Assembly (NCBI RefSeq): GCF_003918875.1
Contig: NW_025765059.1
Coordinates: forward strand, 1,922,001-1,986,000
Direction: 5' to 3'
Source of the DNA: Haliotis rubra
Taxonomy: Eukaryota
Length of the DNA stretch: 64,000 nucleotides
The position numbers and the translations under genes were made by a program. A model generated the notes under the pieces. It did not search any database. It was not told the DNA's origin and worked only from the letters and a program-made list of their open reading frames with translations. This document shows positions 61,481 through 64,000 of the stretch, in pieces; position 1 is the stretch's first letter, and every line of letters starts with the position of its first letter.

Positions 61481-62318
61481 GGTTGTAGGAGGAATGTCAT
61501 TAAAGTAAACAGAGTCTAGCTTTTATATGTGTAGGCAGTGTACACACAACAGTTGTCTCGACTCGTTCTGTATGGTCTACTTTTCATTTCACTGTAAAAG
61601 GTCCCCTGACACGTACTATCTATGAAGTTAGCAACATAAGGTTGTAATACCTGAATGGTCATTTATACCCCACTGCTTTCAACATCTACTTTAGTGAAAA
61701 CAAATACACGGGGCTTACTAATGTACTGTTCGGGGTTTCCCCAGTCAAACACAACCTTTTTTTAAACATGCAGGCATCTATTTTTAGCGTGATGTCCATA
61801 CCAATGAAAGCAGCACCATGAACGAAACAAATATTAAAGCAATGGGAAGGAGTGGTAAGTCAGTTTACATGTACAGAGATGACTTTAAATGAACATTGTT
61901 TTGCTGTAAACACGCCTTACTATAAACTCATCCAACCAGACGATTCAAACCACATGTGAATACAGAGTATATTCATTTTAACGCGTCGAGGCGAGATGGT
62001 TTAATTTCACCAATGTATTTCTCAGGGGCTGCGTTATAGTGAAGACTGCAGCATTCGCAGAACTCCCGTACACTTCGTGTCTCGCTATGTGACCCACTTT
62101 TCCCCTTCACTGTAACAGGTCACTAAAAGTGCACCGTGAATGACTACAACATTTCAATACACAGATCTTCTTTTAATTAGCACTTTGTTTACAATATTTA
62201 CTTAAGTGAATATCACATAGTGGCTTTAATGACAAGTTAACGAAGGTATTATGAAGTCCAATGGATAGCGCGGGGTTTCCCACTGCTCATGACACTACCG
62301 TTTTAAATTCAAAGATAT

Positions 62319-62447
62319 CTATTTTTAGCGTGACGTCATCGAGGCAGGTAAGACTAACCAATCAGATTCACATCCCATCCGTTCCACCTTAATCAACCAA
62401 TCAGAAGCTCGTATATTTTATGCTGATCTCTCCTTTCCTATTCATCA
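62319..62447 (-). repeat. Right TIR of the Polinton-like element
   Basis: ...atgctgatctctcctttcctattcatca followed by TSD acccaa. Confidence 0.93.
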
Positions 62448-62872
62448 ACCCAATATTCATGATACGTATCATATTCACCACATAGTGTATTCGCTGCAGC
62501 CCTAATACATACATAAAATGTATACATACTAATATTTGTATAGCACCAATATCCAGCTCAGCTGCAAAGGTGCTTTGCTTTCCCCTCGATCATTGGATGC
62601 CAATCTCAACAGCACATCATATTTTCAATCTCAACTCCCTGGGGATCATAAAACTCTTGCAGCCATTATCGCTACATCACATGCATCGCTACAAGACTTG
62701 CATCATAACCATATGTACAATACTCATGACACTACATGCAGCTGGTACTGAGAGTTGGAAGGATGACATGCACCATGTAAATATGAACAAGTGTTTGCCA
62801 CTGATATGGCAATGTCCCCCGCAGCTAAAGAATGGAATATCTATATTTACTACTTTTTATTTTTGGGTCACA

Positions 62873-63798
62873 TACAAGATGCCTGAAATGACTGGTGTCT
62901 GCATAATCACCCAATGTAGGCTGTCAACATACTTGAAACATTGGGTGCAATGTTTTATGAGATATCCGCTTTAAAAAGCGGTCAAAGTATCGTGGTGACC
63001 TTGAAGATAAGGTCAAGGTCACCCAAATAAACTGGTGTCTGCGTAATCCCCCAATGTAGGCTGTCACCAAATTTGAAGACACTGGGTACAACAGTCCATC
63101 AGATATCATGTTAACAACAGTTTGAAAAGTGGTTAGTGTCATGGTGACCTTGAAAATAAGGTCAAGGTCACGCAAATCGACTGGTGTCTGCGTAATCCCC
63201 CAATGTAGGCTGACACCAAATTCGAAGACATTGGGTACAACAGTTCATGAGATATCGCGTGAACAAGAGTTGGAAAAGTGGTCAAAGTGTAGTGGTGACC
63301 TTGAAAATAAGGTCAAGGTCACGTAAATCGACTGGTGTCTGCGTAATCCCCCAATGTAGGCTGACACCAAATTTGAAGACATTGGGTACAACAGTTCATG
63401 AGATATCGCGTGAACAAGGGTTGGAAAAGTGGTCAAAGTGTCGTGGTGACCTTGAAAATAAGGTCAAGGTCACGTAAATCGACTGGTGTCTGCGTAATCC
63501 CCCAATGTAGGCTGACACCAAATTCGAAGACATTGGGTACAACAGTTCATGAGATATCGCGTGAACAAGAGTTGGAAAAGTGGTCAAAGTGTAGTGGTGA
63601 CCTTGAAAATAAGGTCAAGGTCACGTAAATCGACTGGTGTCTGCGTAATCCCCCAATGTAGGCTGACACCAAATTCGAAGACATTGGGTACAACAGTTCA
63701 TGAGATACCGCGTTAACAAGAATCGGGACGTACGTACGTACGGACGGACGCTGCTGAATACATAGTCCCCCGTTTCTCGCTGCGGCGGGGGACAATAA
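62873..63798 (+). mobile_element. Helentron/HINE-type non-autonomous element with 151-bp tandem array
   Basis: acaag start, about 5.5 units containing gtgaccttg..aaggtcaaggtcac, (acgt/acgg)n microsatellite, 3' hairpin gtcccccg/cgggggac then aataa. Confidence 0.75.
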
Positions 63799-64000
63799 CC
63801 GCCAAATGTACAACACAGGCATAACCATCACAGTCGTGGTGGATCGCAACAGCAAATAATTACTACAACATGCTTAATACAGCACATGCATTGTCGAAAC
63901 ACATGCACAACTACAACATTTGCACAGTACATGCATCACAACAAATCAATCATCACATCTCCTGCAAATCATTGCTACAACATACATAACTATAATGCAT

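Larger units (their letters stand above)
52804..62447. mobile_element. Polinton/Maverick-like element, 9644 bp, no capsid genes visible
   Basis: 129-bp TIRs, 6-bp TSD ACCCAA (52798-52803, 62448-62453), pPolB + packaging ATPase + rve integrase. Confidence 0.95.

Noticed and set aside
62924-63855. Repeated 63-102-aa ORFs
   Set aside because: Translations of the 151-bp tandem unit

Overview
Repeat-rich, intron-containing eukaryotic DNA. The SINE, Helentron and Polinton content suggests a mollusc, plausibly a gastropod such as abalone (inference). Host genes: (i) the last two coding exons of an SLC17/sialin-like transporter (+, 940-3136); (ii) a complete 6-exon oligoribonuclease REXO2/Orn gene (-, 9002-15002, about 212 aa); (iii) the 3' part of an unconventional myosin with converter, IQ and SH2 tail, class XXVIII-like (-, about 35015-52149, with upstream exons beyond an N gap). 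Main mobile DNA: a 9.64-kb Polinton/Maverick-like element (52804-62447) with 129-bp TIRs, a perfect 6-bp TSD (ACCCAA), atypical TGATGA...TCATCA termini, a decayed protein-primed PolB, a polyQ-led packaging ATPase and an intact integrase-chromodomain ORF, but no visible capsid or protease genes. There is also a Tc1 transposon interrupted by a split-direct-repeat (PAT/Ngaro-type) tyrosine-recombinase retrotransposon, followed by a second partial copy whose junction suggests self-insertion at a TTCTC core. The rest comprises three SINE families, several MITEs (one a 1.2-kb foldback), Penelope-like ends with hammerhead-like motifs, a Helentron-type 151-bp array and three intronic satellites (29, 31 and 77 bp), two of which amplify myosin splice sites. 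Many TE frameshifts sit in homopolymers and may be sequencing errors. All calls are by eye; no database search was run.
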